A stretch of 64,000 nt of DNA from Phoronis australis (GCA_002633005.1 NMRA01000674.1:124001-188000); one strand, 5' to 3'; positions 39,450 through 52,582 are shown, counted from the first letter of the stretch. A program made the numbers and translations. The notes: generated by a model from the letters alone, not told the origin.

Positions 39450-40260
39450 ATTTGAACATTTTAAGTGTAAATATCCAATCCCTAAAATCTAAAATGTCAG
39501 AATTTCAAAGTATCATATACTATTTAAAAGACAAAATTGTGCCATATTGGCATAAAATGTCTAGCAAAAACATGGTTGAAACATGATGACACTTGGCACT
39601 TATAAACATACACAATTACAAATTATATAACAAATCACTTGAGTGAACATGCAGTTCGCATGACGGCCGTGTTACTTACCTTCAACAAAATATCAAGGTA
39701 ACACACATACAGTAAATGTACATGCAGCCATAATTCAACATAAATTATGATGCCAAGGTCTATTGGTCGAGATCAAAACCGACACAAATAAACCAATAAA
39801 TATTATAGATATATATCGACCACCTAAAACACCAAACAGGACTATTGAAATTTCTATCGATTATTTTACTCCAACTATGTTATCTAAAAGGGACAACTGT
39901 AGCGAGTTTATAGCAGCTGGTGAATTTAATACTAACTTGGTGAGTAATCGAAATAATGACAATTTCTTCGTTTATGTGTATGCTATCTATAAAGACAAGT
40001 GCAACCAGTTTGTAGTAGCTGGTGATTTTTATATTACCGGTAGATTCTTTGATCATATGTTAGACTTAAGCCTTTCACCGAAAATAACATTTCATACACA
40101 TTTCCTCCAAAGTTCATTTTCGCTAATCGACAACCTTTTACCATGGTCTCTGCTTTGGCTCAGTCCTTAAAAGGGTGGCATATTGATAAGCAATCTTTCT
40201 GACAATTGGCTTGCATTCATACAGTATACGTCTCATTTAACATAAGGTAATGTCAAAAAG
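39450..40260 (+). pseudogene. APE endonuclease of a CR1/L2-type LINE, decayed
   Basis: NILSVNIQSLKSK, IIDIYRPP, AGEFN/AGDF, SLIDN, LSD motifs in the expected order. Confidence 0.8.
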
Positions 40261-41889
40261 CCTAAGTACACCACCACTAAAGATTTCACTCCTATGTCCC
40301 AGGTTAATTTTAGAAAAGTTTTCCATTGAATAAACTTCGTCAACAACTACAGGATATTCAATCTTCAAAATTTCATGTGGAGACTGAATTTCGCCGATGG
40401 GAAAACTGCTATCATGACGAATGGATGTCCGGATGTTGAAAAATGCTTGCAAACAAAACAATAGGCACAGCCACTTGTTAAAATTACACTAACCTCTCTT
40501 GGTTTTACAATTGTTCATTAACTTACTCGATCGAAAGATCCTTTTATGTAGGTCTTGGCTAAACGTTCGCTTTGATTTTTCAAACGGACCATCACAATGG
40601 TGGCAATCCGATGGAATTTTTTGTCCAGTATAACGTATCTCCTTTTGCTAAAGAACCTGATTTTTTGTGAATGGCTCAGTATTAAAATTTTGTGAATAAT
40701 TATTTTCAAATGAGATTTTTTTATTTAGGCTTACAAAATGTGAATCACTCGGCAAAGTCAGTGACAGTATATCTATGGTGAAATTTTGCTAATCAGAACA
40801 CTGTTAAGGCTTGTATTTTGTTTTATATAGACTACTATATTTTCCGCAATTATAGTGAAATGAATGTACCTACTTTGGGCATTTTTCAAATCCCCTGTTT
40901 TGTATTGGTTACATTTTAACCTAAGACGGCGGAAAGTATTATTAAATGACTAACTTAGGTGTTGAGCCACTAGCAAATGTATTGCATATGTGTAATTGAT
41001 GTAAGAAATGTTTTACAAAACAAGTGGAAAGTTCGAACCTCATCTCATAGGCAAACGATGCGGAGGAAAACTTAATGTCAAGGAAATGTCCAATCGTTCA
41101 AGGTAAGAATAACATGATGAGTGATTGGTTGAACAATGTGTTTCCTAGACTACTAGTGATTTTGCAATTATCGGCCAATCAAAAAGTGGAGGTGGGCTTT
41201 AAAATGCTTTAAATATAACCTTGTTCTAAGGATTGTCACATTCGACATACACAACACTGGGATTAAGCAGGTAAGAAATTTAGTGTTCACTGTATACAGA
41301 TGCATAGTATTTGGTAAGTTAAAAAATGTCATTTCCTCCGTTACAAGAAACGAATGTTTGATTTGGAGTAAAAGTCGCTCCTTAAGCTTAGCTTATGCAT
41401 GCTTTTATGCTACATTGTTCAGAAATTGAAAAATTGCATTAAATGTGCGTGGCATATCACATTCGTGAAGATTTTCAGAAAATTTCCAAAACAGTACCCA
41501 AGGAGAATAACACTATTTGGTTTGCAAATTGCATTTTTCTTCAAAACATATTGTCTTTTCTGAAAGAATAATTGTAACTTGCAAACATTTAGAAGCTTAA
41601 ACATAACCGATGTTATGCAATATTTCCTGAAGTGCTATTGAAGTTCGTAAAACGGCCAGGGTGCGGCCATTGTTTGTAAGGTCCATGTACTTATTCTACT
41701 ACAGAGCAAAAACCGAACTTATTACGCAATAATGTTATTCTTTGTTAAAGCAATTTTAGAGCTCTAAAAGAGCAACACACTATGTGTTTGTTTCGGAAGA
41801 AGACGGTTTTCACAACACAATGTTTGTGACACTTGTGACGATTGTTATACTTACTGAACACTATCTTGGTGTTTTGTCACGGATTTCTG

Positions 41890-42495
41890 AATGTTAAGAG
41901 TTTAAATGATAGTGAATGTAATTTTATTAGTTTGTCGAGTTTTTCACAATGAATTGAATCGTTATGCACGACGGAGCCATTTGAATTCTCAGGACATGTT
42001 CCAAGCAATCGATGGGGCCCAAGCATACGATGACTTACTATTGAAACAGCAAACTTTTCACTTTTGTTCATGCTAGAAGTCATGATAGACACAGATTTAA
42101 GATTAACATACCACATATCTCCCATTCATTCTTGTGGCAACTTTTTAAACAATAGTTTGATCATCCTTTGGCGGGTGATTTGATGAGGCTTAAATTAAGC
42201 GTTTGAATGATGGTGAATGTAATTTTGTTAATTTTGTCTAGCTAGTTTTTACAGTACATTGAATTGAAACATTATGGAAGCCGGGGCTATTAGAAATGTC
42301 GTACATGTACTATATTCCAAGCAAACCTTTGCGGACCAAGCATACTTTTGTAACAGCAAACTTCTTATTTTGTTCACGCTAGATGACATGATGGACAAAG
42401 ATTTAAGATTAAGATACCACACATCTCCCATTATTCTGGTGGCAACTTTTTAAACAATTCTCTGACCATCATTTGGAGAGTGATTAGATGAGGCT
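41890..42495 (+). repeat. Tandem duplication of a ~305-bp unit
   Basis: 41890-42195 vs 42195-42495 share GTGAATGTAATTTT, AGATTTAAGATTAA, TACCACATATCTCCCATT, GTGGCAACTTTTTAAACAAT, GATGAGGCTT. Confidence 0.85.
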
Positions 42496-43069
42496 TTGTA
42501 ATGCAATGTGCATTAAACAAGCAGACCACTAGGTTGTCGTTTACAGTTCATGTAACTGTTCGCCCTTTTTTGCCGAAATGAAAACCTGTGCTGTTACAAA
42601 CTTAGTGTACGTGTTCATGTGTCACCTCGTCGCACCAAAACACCATGTAAAAAAACATCGTAAGCCATGCAGCAGACAATAATGACTGTATAAGCAAAGT
42701 ATTAGTCATCAACATCGCTTCAAGTAACATATATGCCACGAAAGAATAATCGCACACTTCCGCTTCTAATACATGTGCCTGAATACTTACTGTGAATTAT
42801 GCAACAATGTGTTCTTACACAGAAAATCACTAAACAATGGAAGTCCTTACCATTTTGCACTAACATTTTACGGAAAACAAAATGCACTCAAGTAGTGAAA
42901 GCAACAAGGTGTACGCATCAATGCCACATCACGTCATATAAAACATACTGTCAATAACAATTATTTATTTCTAATACACATACGTGAGCCTTTACTGTAA
43001 AATATACAAAATCAATGTCCTGTCACACAAACCAATAAATAAGAGAAATAATGTTTAGTGATACAAGTA

Positions 43070-45110
43070 TATGCATGTATCGGTGTACCGTTTAAATCTT
43101 AGAACGATACAGTGCGTAGGAGACGACCGTTGCTTGGAACAATACAGCGTGACCAAAGCGCGTCGCGTTGCATCGTTTTAAAAACTAAGAACGATACAGG
43201 GAATAGAACGAGAGACCATCTGTATCGTTGTAGGCCTAACCTCTTGGCCCAATCATGACCAACGCAAGTCTCGCTGTGTCGTCTTAAAGACTAGAACGAT
43301 ACAGCGGGTAATGAGGCACGTTTTAACGTTGTGACCTTTAGAGCAATACAGTGTGACAAATGGTTGCCTCGCTGTACTCGTTTTAAAGTCTAGAACAAGG
43401 AAGAGTGTTGAACGCATTACAGCGTTCTGTCGTTCCGTAAGTTTTACAGACGTGAGGGGTGCTCGAACGTGCGATAACATCTGGCTCTTTTGTTAAATGC
43501 CCAGAGTCTATTGTCCGGCATGATAACAAGCAGGCCAATTATCTCCCAGGCTTCAAAGGAAACGTTTGGTGGTTGCACGCTATTACCGAACGCGTATGAA
43601 CACAGTCAAACCCTTGCGTCCGTTTGGACAGAATAGATTGTCTTAACTTCTGTTGTAGTTGGGCGATTTTGGTGAGTCAAAAACGGAGCATGATCAGCAT
43701 TTGACGAGGAATTCAGAAATTCTACTATTTTATGCTCAAATAATATATGTTATAACTTAACTTTCATTTTTATCAGCCCAACCCAGTCAGTCTAGATACT
43801 GTACAATCTGATCGGAGATTTGAGCAATTATGGAACAAAAGAGCGCAGGCCCTCCATGTGGAATGGAGTTAATCAGTCGTGTAAGATATTGGCTACAGGG
43901 GTAAACTTCCCAACTTGTTGTTGGGCTACAGAATCGAACAAGTTGGGAGCAACGGGATGTCGCCGTCATGAAGACGCACGCTTTGCGACGCTAAGAACCA
44001 TAAATCGTGACAGACGTTAGTCTACATATACATGTAGCTGTATAAACATCAGAACAGTACAGAAAATTGAACGACATGCACTCATTGACGTTATAGCCCT
44101 TGACGATACAGGGTGAAGAACATGCGTCCCTTTGTGTGGTTTTAATATCTAGAAGGATACGGTGAGCTAGCGATCGAGATGCACTTTGAAACGTTGTAAC
44201 CTCGTTGAACAACATAGCGCGACAGTCGCGTGTCTCAGTATCACTTTAAAATCAACAACTACTCAGCGAGTAGAAGGTGAAGCACTCTAAACGTTATGTA
44301 GTTTGCTTCACGTGGTTACCTGGTAGGTTGATCTAGCTTAACTCTGAGGCGTACAAGTCTGGCGGTGTTAACCCACCTCTGGGTTTGTCTGGCACCGTTA
44401 TTTCGTGATACAGTGGGTTACGCTGAGTATGTAGCGATCGATTTCATGCGGTTACCTCTTGGGTTTAACTAACTGAATTTTGGGACAGGGCATCTCGCCA
44501 CTGAAATCGTCTAGAGCATATCTGCTGCGCAGCATAGGGGTGATGCTGGTCGCTACACAACTGATTTCAACAAGGTAACTGGTGGGTTGGACTAACTCAA
44601 CTTGGTGGGCGTGTCTCAAGAGGGTAATCCAAACCCCAATTTGTCTGCCTGTGTTCATTCATGATACATTGGTCTATGATGACTAATTTGTAGCCAGTTT
44701 CACACAGTTACTTCTTGAGTTGATCTAGCTCAACTGTGGGACCCCATTGTATTCTATGTGGCGGGGTATACCACCATTGAAATTGTATGACTTTGTACAA
44801 TTTTGAGACAGTGAATTGAGTAGTTGGTGTTGCAGGTATTTTTATTTAGTTACCAGAAAAAAATTATAGTGTTATTCTCATGGCCTCCGGAACCAAACTT
44901 ACTAGAGCGAACCTGTCAGATGGCCATTTTCTAGCATTTGGACAGCCATGAATCTCTGTGGTATCAAAGAAAATTGCTTACTCTTAATTGCCCAAGAACT
45001 ATTGAATCCCTGTCTACAACACAAATCTGTTTTTATCGTTTTAAAGCTTAAGAACGATACGTCGAGTTAAACGACCGATACACGATTACGAACGCGTCTC
45101 GTATGAAACT
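43070..45110 (+). repeat. Interrupted array of the AACGATACAG satellite (blocks 43070-43420, 43975-44300, 45030-45110)
   Basis: Same units and orientation as 20850-21310. Confidence 0.7.
44300..45010 (-). mobile_element. Inverted copy of the 21310-22160 element
   Basis: Reverse-complement similarity to 21341-21900; internal direct repeat GTTGATCTAGCT at ~44327 and ~44719. Confidence 0.75.
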
Positions 45111-45673
45111 CTAGGAAAGTGTGTGCAGTTTACAGTATTGGTTATCCTTTATTCAGATGATCAAATGCAGTTAGTAACGATCTAAATACTACACCGTTTC
45201 ATCAGATGCACCCAGTCTCATTTTCCGTATTGGACAATACAAGATTATAATTGCAGAAAGTCAGCAGGCTTTTTAGACATTTTCCATAGTATTTCTATTG
45301 AGAAAGGCTCGCAAAACCGGAAATCGAGCCATGCCTATTAGCAATCCAATGTTGAATAATGGGGATCCCAAATTTCTTCTTGCAACAACCAAGAGGAGAA
45401 AATCTATACAAAACTGTGCAAATTTCTTCAACCTACGCCAAAAAGGCGCCGACATGCCAAATTCCATTATGGTTACTTTACACTGGTATCAACCAGGTTG
45501 TTTCAGTTTGTACTTGAAAATGCGAAAGGATAATTGTTCTATCGAGGAGAAAATGGTTTGCGAAAGATTATGCACATTTTTGTTGAGATTAAAATATCAT
45601 ATACTTGCTTCTCCTTTTCATAATTGTTTCTCCGTAACTTGATCTGCCATTGAATTACAGAAAACTAGAAGTC

Positions 45674-45755
45674 ATGAGGTGCGTGGTGATACTCATTGTG
45701 CTGATGCTAGCCGTAGGCTGCCTCCAGGCGTGGCCGGTAGATGGCGAAGACGAAG
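45674..45755 (+). CDS. First coding exon of a secreted host protein (signal peptide MRCVVILIVLMLAVGCLQA-WPVDGEDE)
   Basis: Acceptor ...TTACAG| at 45660, ATG in GTCATGA, basic-hydrophobic-LQA signal peptide, donor G|GTGAG at 45755/45756 (phase 1), no stops. Confidence 0.7.
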
Positions 45756-46059
45756 GTGAGAAACAATAACTGTCAGTACCCTGGGCCGAGCTCCATGCGA
45801 ACTTCGCAAGTACAGATAAAGTGATCACGTGCTGTGCTTGTAATGCCTGGTGTTTTCGCGAGTTTTTTTTTTTGTTTGTGGAGCATGAGATGTGGATCAA
45901 AAATCTCAGTACTAGTAACACTTCAAATTTAAAGGTTCATTTGGCTTACTGAAGATTCACCACGACTTGAGATTTTCTAGTCCTGTTAGAAGAGGTCTCA
46001 TCTTGCATAGAACAGGTACACAAAAAGACTACAACTCAAAATTTAGGTTGTTCAGTAAC

Positions 46060-46870
46060 TAATGCGCTAAACATCAAATTGATCCTTTACGACCTTTTTA
46101 AATAACTATGTGAATGTCCTAGCATACAAGTTTCACCAAGGAACTGCTTACAGGACTTTGAAAGGCTATCTGTCAATGTTGTCTTCTGTACGACCAATGA
46201 TTTATATTCCTGTAGGGCAGCATCCTCGCGTCATTTGGCTTTTAAAAGGCACCTACGTTGGGATACCTCCTTCTAAAACATTTTTTCCTGGTTAAGGTTT
46301 ATTTCAGGTTGTTAAGGCCTAGAAGTACGCTCCTTTGGAGGCTCCTTGGAAATCAAAATTAAAATATCTCGCCTCAAAACATGTTTTACTATTGCTATCA
46401 CACCTTTTCGTTGGTGCAATGACTTCTTTTTAGGTAAAAGCTCAAATATTGACTAAATGTGAGGCTAGCTATTTCATAGACATAGATTTTACAAGCAGAT
46501 TAGAGTCGGTCAAAAACAATCTCGTGTCTTTAATCTAGATTTCTGAGGAAAAATAGTTTAACATTAAGCGGTGTTTGTCGTTATGTCTCAAGACAACAGA
46601 GGAGCTTCCACGTCCCTGGGTGTCAACGGTTTGTTCTTGTCGTCTACTGTACATAACATGTATAAGCACCAACTCGGTAGTTAAAACCATTAGACTGGCT
46701 TCCATCTGCGACGTTAATATTAGGGTAAGTTTGCTCCAAATCGTATTAGAGGACGCTTTATTCGTAGTGCTGGTCTTTCGTGGGCTTTCATTAGGGGTAG
46801 GCACATGATAGTCATTTTGTCTTTTTGTGGCTGGTCTTCAGAATTCACCTTTGTTAAACACTATGTACAA
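46060..46870 (+). pseudogene. DIRS-type tyrosine recombinase relic
   Basis: FHQGTAYRTLKGYLSMLSS...PVGQHPRVIWLLKG....PP (YR N-terminal domain) and WSSEFTFVKHY (W.S..TF..HY C-terminus with catalytic Tyr) near 46830-46865. Confidence 0.7.
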
Positions 46871-48649
46871 GCAGCACGTTTGGATTTTTCGGCATTTAGT
46901 TTGGCTAATTTTCCCGATATGAATGCGTTGGTGCTCCTTCTTTTGCGGGTTTCAGTCGGACGGATAAGTTTTTTTCTCTTTTGAGCACTTGGTGTGATCT
47001 CACGTTTATCGGTGCAATTTCTAATTGTTTATTTACTGAGGTGTTTCGACAAATGCATCCACTCTGAATACGGACATATGTCCAGTCTGTGTGTATTTTC
47101 TGAGACGCACACCTTCATCCCCTCAAGCTTGTTAATCAAGTTTATTTATAGGTAAATATAAGGTAACATATAGGAAATATAATTAAGTTGTAACTTCATA
47201 ATTATTTGGTTACCGTATAGTTACCACTTCCTTCACTACCTCTCCTTGGACTTCCAGTGAACGGGTGGCTTGCGCGTAATGAAGAGATCATTAAACTATT
47301 GCCGTCCTCATCTCGACCATAGAAACACGAAATCTTCAATGTTGCAATTTCACGCTCGATTGGTCTGAAGAGAAATAAAAGCCAAATCAATCGACTCGCA
47401 ATTTAAAGAAACCGATAGATCTAGTAGCGCTCATTGTAACTAAGCTTGATTTCAAAGATCAAAATTCAAAACCATCACGGGATGCCTGTCAAAGATATAT
47501 ATTTTACGGAACCCCAAATAGATGGTTTTCATCCACGTGTGGGGCGAATCCAATACATAAACAACTAAGAATCATCCCATCTCGAATTTCGTGTTCTCTC
47601 CAGTTCACATCAGGATATAGCAAAGCAAAGAAATATGCGACGGGAACAGTCGGCGCTATTTATATTGTTACATTGGAGAGTTCTCGCCACATTTCCTACA
47701 AAATCTTCATCTTATCGTCTTACTATTGCTAACAAATACGCACCGGTAACTGTTGAATTGCCTTTGCCAGAATACGACTAAAAAGAAATAGATATTAAGT
47801 TTTAAAAGTTGCTTTAAAAATACAAAGCGTTCTAAAGTATTCCTAATTCATCCAGTGGTCCATGTACTTTGTTCAACTGTGCTGTTTATTGACATTTCGT
47901 GCATTAACGGCAATAAAGGTATTTTTGAATTTATCAGCCAAAGTTTCAACCTTGTGCTAGTCAACTTGTATGCTTCATGAACTGCAAAGATTCTCTCGTT
48001 GATAATAACCCGTTCTCTTCATACAATTCCGTTCAGTTCAACGTGCCTTTGACTTTCCTTCCCCGAACACGCCCCCCGGAAAACGCCTCCTCTCCATTAG
48101 TTATGTAACAGCATTTGTTATCGTTCTGTCGCTTTCTATAGTGTGCTCGTATCATTCCAACTTCGACACCCCCTTTCCAAACCTCAGCCACGGATTGAAG
48201 CTGCACCTGTTTACCGTTAGAATGGTGAGAATGAAGCGCGGCTGTATTTTACGAGTGAACAATTTCCTCTATTTCAGTTGCAGTGAAAAGATCCCGCACA
48301 TGTGATATCGGTTGCACCTACACATGCAATTTTTTGAAAAAAACTACAACGTGCCCCAATGGAGTTTGTCGTTGTGTTTAATAGGTATGTATACAACTAC
48401 ACAAAACCAAGTAAAATAGTTTAACTGGTTCCGGTCTGCGACCAAAGGTTTTTGAAAACTGCGCTTCAATGTATAAAGGAGAATGCCACCCGATTTAATT
48501 AGTCTTTTTTGCCGTCTTAATCGGTCTATATCCACTTCGACTCTAATACGTTCGACCTTACCTTGCCAAGAGGTGTTGTGTTAACCTGTGAGGAAGGTTA
48601 GAAACGACGCTAGCGACGTCAGTGGTTCATATGCAGAGTGAATGACGCT

Positions 48650-48872
48650 ATGTTGCGGTGCATCGCTCCCGCTTGTCCGTACTTAGCAGCTGCGAGGAAA
48701 GCGGGTATATCGTTTTTTGCTTCCTCGAGAGTCCGAAATGCTTAGGAAGTGGCTCATGGTAGTGAAGAATGGAATGTACGCTATAAATAGCAAGTATGAA
48801 GCCGTAAAACATTTCTGTACCTGTGGCCTGCAAACGTCGACAGTGCCTGACGAATGCCGGCTTACCAAATAA
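48650..48872 (+). pseudogene. THAP zinc-finger relic
   Basis: MLRCIAPACP....RKAGISFF/(fs)PRESEMLRKWL..VKN...KHFCTC fits the THAP pattern M..C....C...F.P.....W......C; the terminal His is not evident. Confidence 0.7.
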
Positions 48873-49030
48873 CTCCATACGTTCCGTTGTCTGAGCTTGT
48901 TCACGGCGCCTCTCTAGTATTTCTTCATCACTGTATTCCTGTTCGAATTGATAGCCTGTAAAACTTAACGATCCACCTGCGAAGTCGCCGGGGACTGATG
49001 CCGTCCTTAGTCGGGATTGCGAGTTGCCAT
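48873..49030 (-). pseudogene. N-terminus of a KolX/P2X7-ballast-like ORF
   Basis: CAAAATGGC start context, then YQFEQEYSDEEILERRREQ, similar to the 'PY.FEPE..DEE' N-terminus typical of these proteins; convergent with the THAP relic. Confidence 0.45.
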
Positions 49031-49573
49031 TTTGGCGTTTATTACTGAGCGTTTTGTTTCAAAATGAATTATTTTCACCCTAACCAATACTTATATAAAA
49101 CTGAAACAAAGCCTGCCTCAATAGATGCAGTTTGTAATGCCTTTGCAGTGTTCGTGAGTGCAAATGATTTGAGAAGCCAGCAATGAATAAATCACTGCGT
49201 TACCGGTTTTAGGTGCAATAAAACTAATTGACGGGACACCGAGGCTAATTTAGTGTTTGCTGGAAGAAACTGTTGTAAAACAACTCGATTTCCATCCCAC
49301 GGCCAAGTGTTAGAGGAATCTTTATTTACATTTACATTAGTCAAATATTTATTGTCAATGTACAACTTCTGCCCTGAGGGTGCTGTGGCCAAAGCGGAAC
49401 CTAAATTCGCGGCCACCGACGAGTAAGTAGATTTGCAGTTTCGTGGCAAATTCACCAACATAATCAGGTGCACATTACTTTCGCTCACTAGTATAGTATT
49501 TTCTTGACTGGAAGTTTAGTTTCCACTAAACTTTGGCTGGTTTATGTTCGTGATGTCTGATCAGTTTCCGAGC

Positions 49574-49628
49574 NNNNNNNNNNNNNNNNNNNNNNNNNNN
49601 NNNNNNNNNNNNNNNNNNNNNNNNNNNN
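49574..49628. other. Assembly gap (55 N)
   Basis: Run of N. Confidence 1.
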
Positions 49629-50289
49629 GAAAACATCTTGTTTTCATTTGAAAGACTTTAGACTTGGTTTCTATAACTATTTAAAGCAGACTTCTTGCCT
49701 AAAAGTTTGTTCAAATGGTTTGTAAACTCTGCTCGTCATTTCCAAACTATGAAAATAGACAGTTTTGCAAGACAATTTTCACTAAAGTGCAAAGTTGAGG
49801 CAAGATTTTTTATTGCTCAGTCATCAAGACTAACTCTTTAACTGTATGTTCAAAACGTCACATAAGGCTACAAGGTGTTTTATGGCAGTAAGAAGGTCAC
49901 AAAAATGGCCACTAAAATTAGCCCCAAAAAGTGGTCTGTGGATTATCTCCCCTGTCTAGCATAAAACTGTTAGATTTTAATAAATGGCACAGAATTATGC
50001 ACAGTATACGTTGGTTATTTCAGCCACCAAAATATAGCTTTTGATCTATTTTGTATGTTACTCTTTTTTGTTGCTGAAAACATGCGATTTTTGAGACGGC
50101 TAATATGCCCAATTGTGCCAATTTGTGTTATCATGCTCCAGCGGCGAAATTAGAGGTCATTGAGTGCGCAAAATTTGGCATTTGGGTTTTTGTTAGGATA
50201 CCTACCCATGTACAAAAAATGAAGTTGTTTTAAATTTTGACGTATAGACTGATTTTTGAAAATCTACTGGTTTTTATATGGACTGCCTC
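49629..50289. mobile_element. One end of a TTAA-inserting element with GAG terminus (Sola3-like)
   Basis: Ends ...GGACTGCCTC|TTAA (revcomp TTAA|GAGGCAGTCC). The paralogous TTAA at 47795-47798 lacks it. Confidence 0.6.
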
Positions 50290-52582
50290 TTAAGTTTTAA
50301 AAGTTACTTTAAAAATACAAAGCGTTCTAAAGTATTCCTAATTCATCCAGTGGTCCATGTACTTTGTTCAACTGTGCTGTTTATGGACATGTCGTGCATT
50401 AACGGCAACAAAGGTATTTTTGAATTTATCAGCCAAAGTTTCAACCTTGTGCTAGTCAACTTTTATGCTTCATGAACTGCAAAGATTTTGTCGTTGATAA
50501 TAACCCGTTCTCTTCATACAATTCCGTTCAGTTCAACGTTCCTTTGACTTTCCTTCCCCGAACACGCCCCCCGGAAAACGCCTCCTCTCCATTAGTTATG
50601 TAACAGCATTTGTTATCGTTCTGTCGCTTTCTATAGTGTGCTTGTATCATTCCAACTTCGACACCCCCTTTCCAAACCTCAGCCACGGATTGAAGCTGCA
50701 CCTGTTTACCGTTAGAATGGTGAGAATGAAGCGCGGCTGTATTTTACGAGTGAACAATTTCCTCTATTTCAGTTGCAGTGGAAAGATTCCGCAGATGTGA
50801 TTTCGGTTGCAACTACCAATGCACTTTAGGGAGATTAATTGCAGATTGCCAAAATGGAGTTTGTGTTTGTGTTTGACAGGTATGTATATAACTATACAAA
50901 ACCAAGTAAAATAGTTTAACTGGTTCCGGTCTGCGACCAAAGGTTTTTGAAAACTGCGATTCAATACTTGAAGGAGAATGCCACCCGATTTAATTCGTCT
51001 TTTTTGCCGTCTTAATCGGTCTATATCCACTTCGACTCTCATGCGGTCGACGTTACCTTGCCAAGAGGTGTTGCGTTAACCTGTGAGGAAGGTTAGAAAC
51101 GACGCTAGCGACGTCAGTGGTTCATATGCAGAGTGAATGACGCTATGTTGCGGTGCATCACTCCCGCTTGTCCGAAATAAGCAGCTGCGAGGAAAGCGGC
51201 TATATCGTTTTTTTACTTTCTCGAGAGTCCGAAATGCTTAGGAAGTGGCTCATGGTAGTGAAGAATGAAATGTACGCTGCAAATAGCAAGTATGATGCCG
51301 TGAAACATTTCTGGGTCTGTGACCTGCAGACGTCGACAGTGCCTGACGAATGCCGGCTTACCAAATAACTCCATACGTTCCGTTTTCTGAGCTTGTTCAC
51401 GGCGCCTCTCTAGTATTTCTTCATCACTGTATTCCTGTTCGAATTGATAGCGTGTAAAACTTAACGATCCACCTGCGAAGTCGCCGGGGACTGATGTCAT
51501 CCTTAGTCGGGATTGCGAGTTGCCATTTTGGCGTTTATTACTGAGCGTTCTGTTTCAAAATGAATTATTCTCACCCTAACCAATACTTATATAAAACTGA
51601 AACAAAGTCTGCCTCATTAGATGTAGTTTGTAATGCCTTTGCAGTGTTCGTGAGTGCAAATGATTTGAGAAGCCAGCAATGAATAAATCACTGCGTTACC
51701 GGTTTTAGGTGCAATAAAATTAATTGACTGGACACCGAGGCCGTGTGAGCTCATGCTAATTTAGTGTTTGCTGGAAGAAACTGTTGTGAAACAACTCGAT
51801 TTCCATCCCAGGGCCAAGTGTGAGGGGAATCTTTATTTACATTTACATTAGTCAAATATTTATTGTCAATGTACAACTTCTGCCCTGAGGGTGCTGTGGC
51901 CAAAGCAAAACCTTAATTCGCGGCCACCGACGAGTAAGGATATTTGCAGTTTCGTGGCTAATTCACCTACATAATCAGGTGCACATTACTTTCGCTCACT
52001 AGTATAGTATTTTCTTGACTGGAAGTTTAGTTTCCACGAAACTTTGGCTGATTTATGTTCGTGATGTCTGATCAGTTTCCGAGCTACTGGCCAGGATAAC
52101 AAGCGGTTTGTGTTTAGAACTCAAAAAATCACAAGTCTAAACAACACAGATCTAGGTTCTCCTGTCAGTATCTCACGGAAAATACTTCGAAAATATCTCT
52201 GAACAGACCCCAAACTCCTGCTACGGACCTTATTGGCCTGCCGAACTTTGTAGGCTACGCTGTGTCCAAATACCAATAAATCCGTAAGAGCGAAATAAAA
52301 ACACGTTTTTATAAGAAATCGGTGTATGTTTAAGGGTTTTACATCGACGTTTGATGATTTATTGGTGTTAAACGATGACTTCAAGCGATAAGCTGACACC
52401 AGTAACCCGTGTTGTGAACTGCTGAACAGACTGCGTGTGAAACCGATGACGTCATTGGTTAATTTCAACACCTCCGTCTGCCGTCAGGTGTCAGGTAACG
52501 CAACCGTACGTGTCGTTATGGAGTAGAACTACTCGATCTGAATTGATACAAATTAGGTTGTTTTTTTGGGCGGCATGCTCCT
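50290..52582 (+). mobile_element. Kolobok-like element copy 2 with candidate right terminus
   Basis: Duplicate of 47795-49573 (THAP 51145-51368 +, acidic ORF start 51526 -). Continues to ...CATGCTCCT|TTAA at 52582, an AG..CT terminus with TTAA. Confidence 0.55.

Larger units (their letters stand above)
47795..49573 (+). repeat. 1.78-kb block duplicated at 50290-52084 (Kolobok-like non-autonomous element)
   Basis: Colinear and highly similar up to the N gap; carries a THAP relic and an opposing acidic ORF start. Confidence 0.92.
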
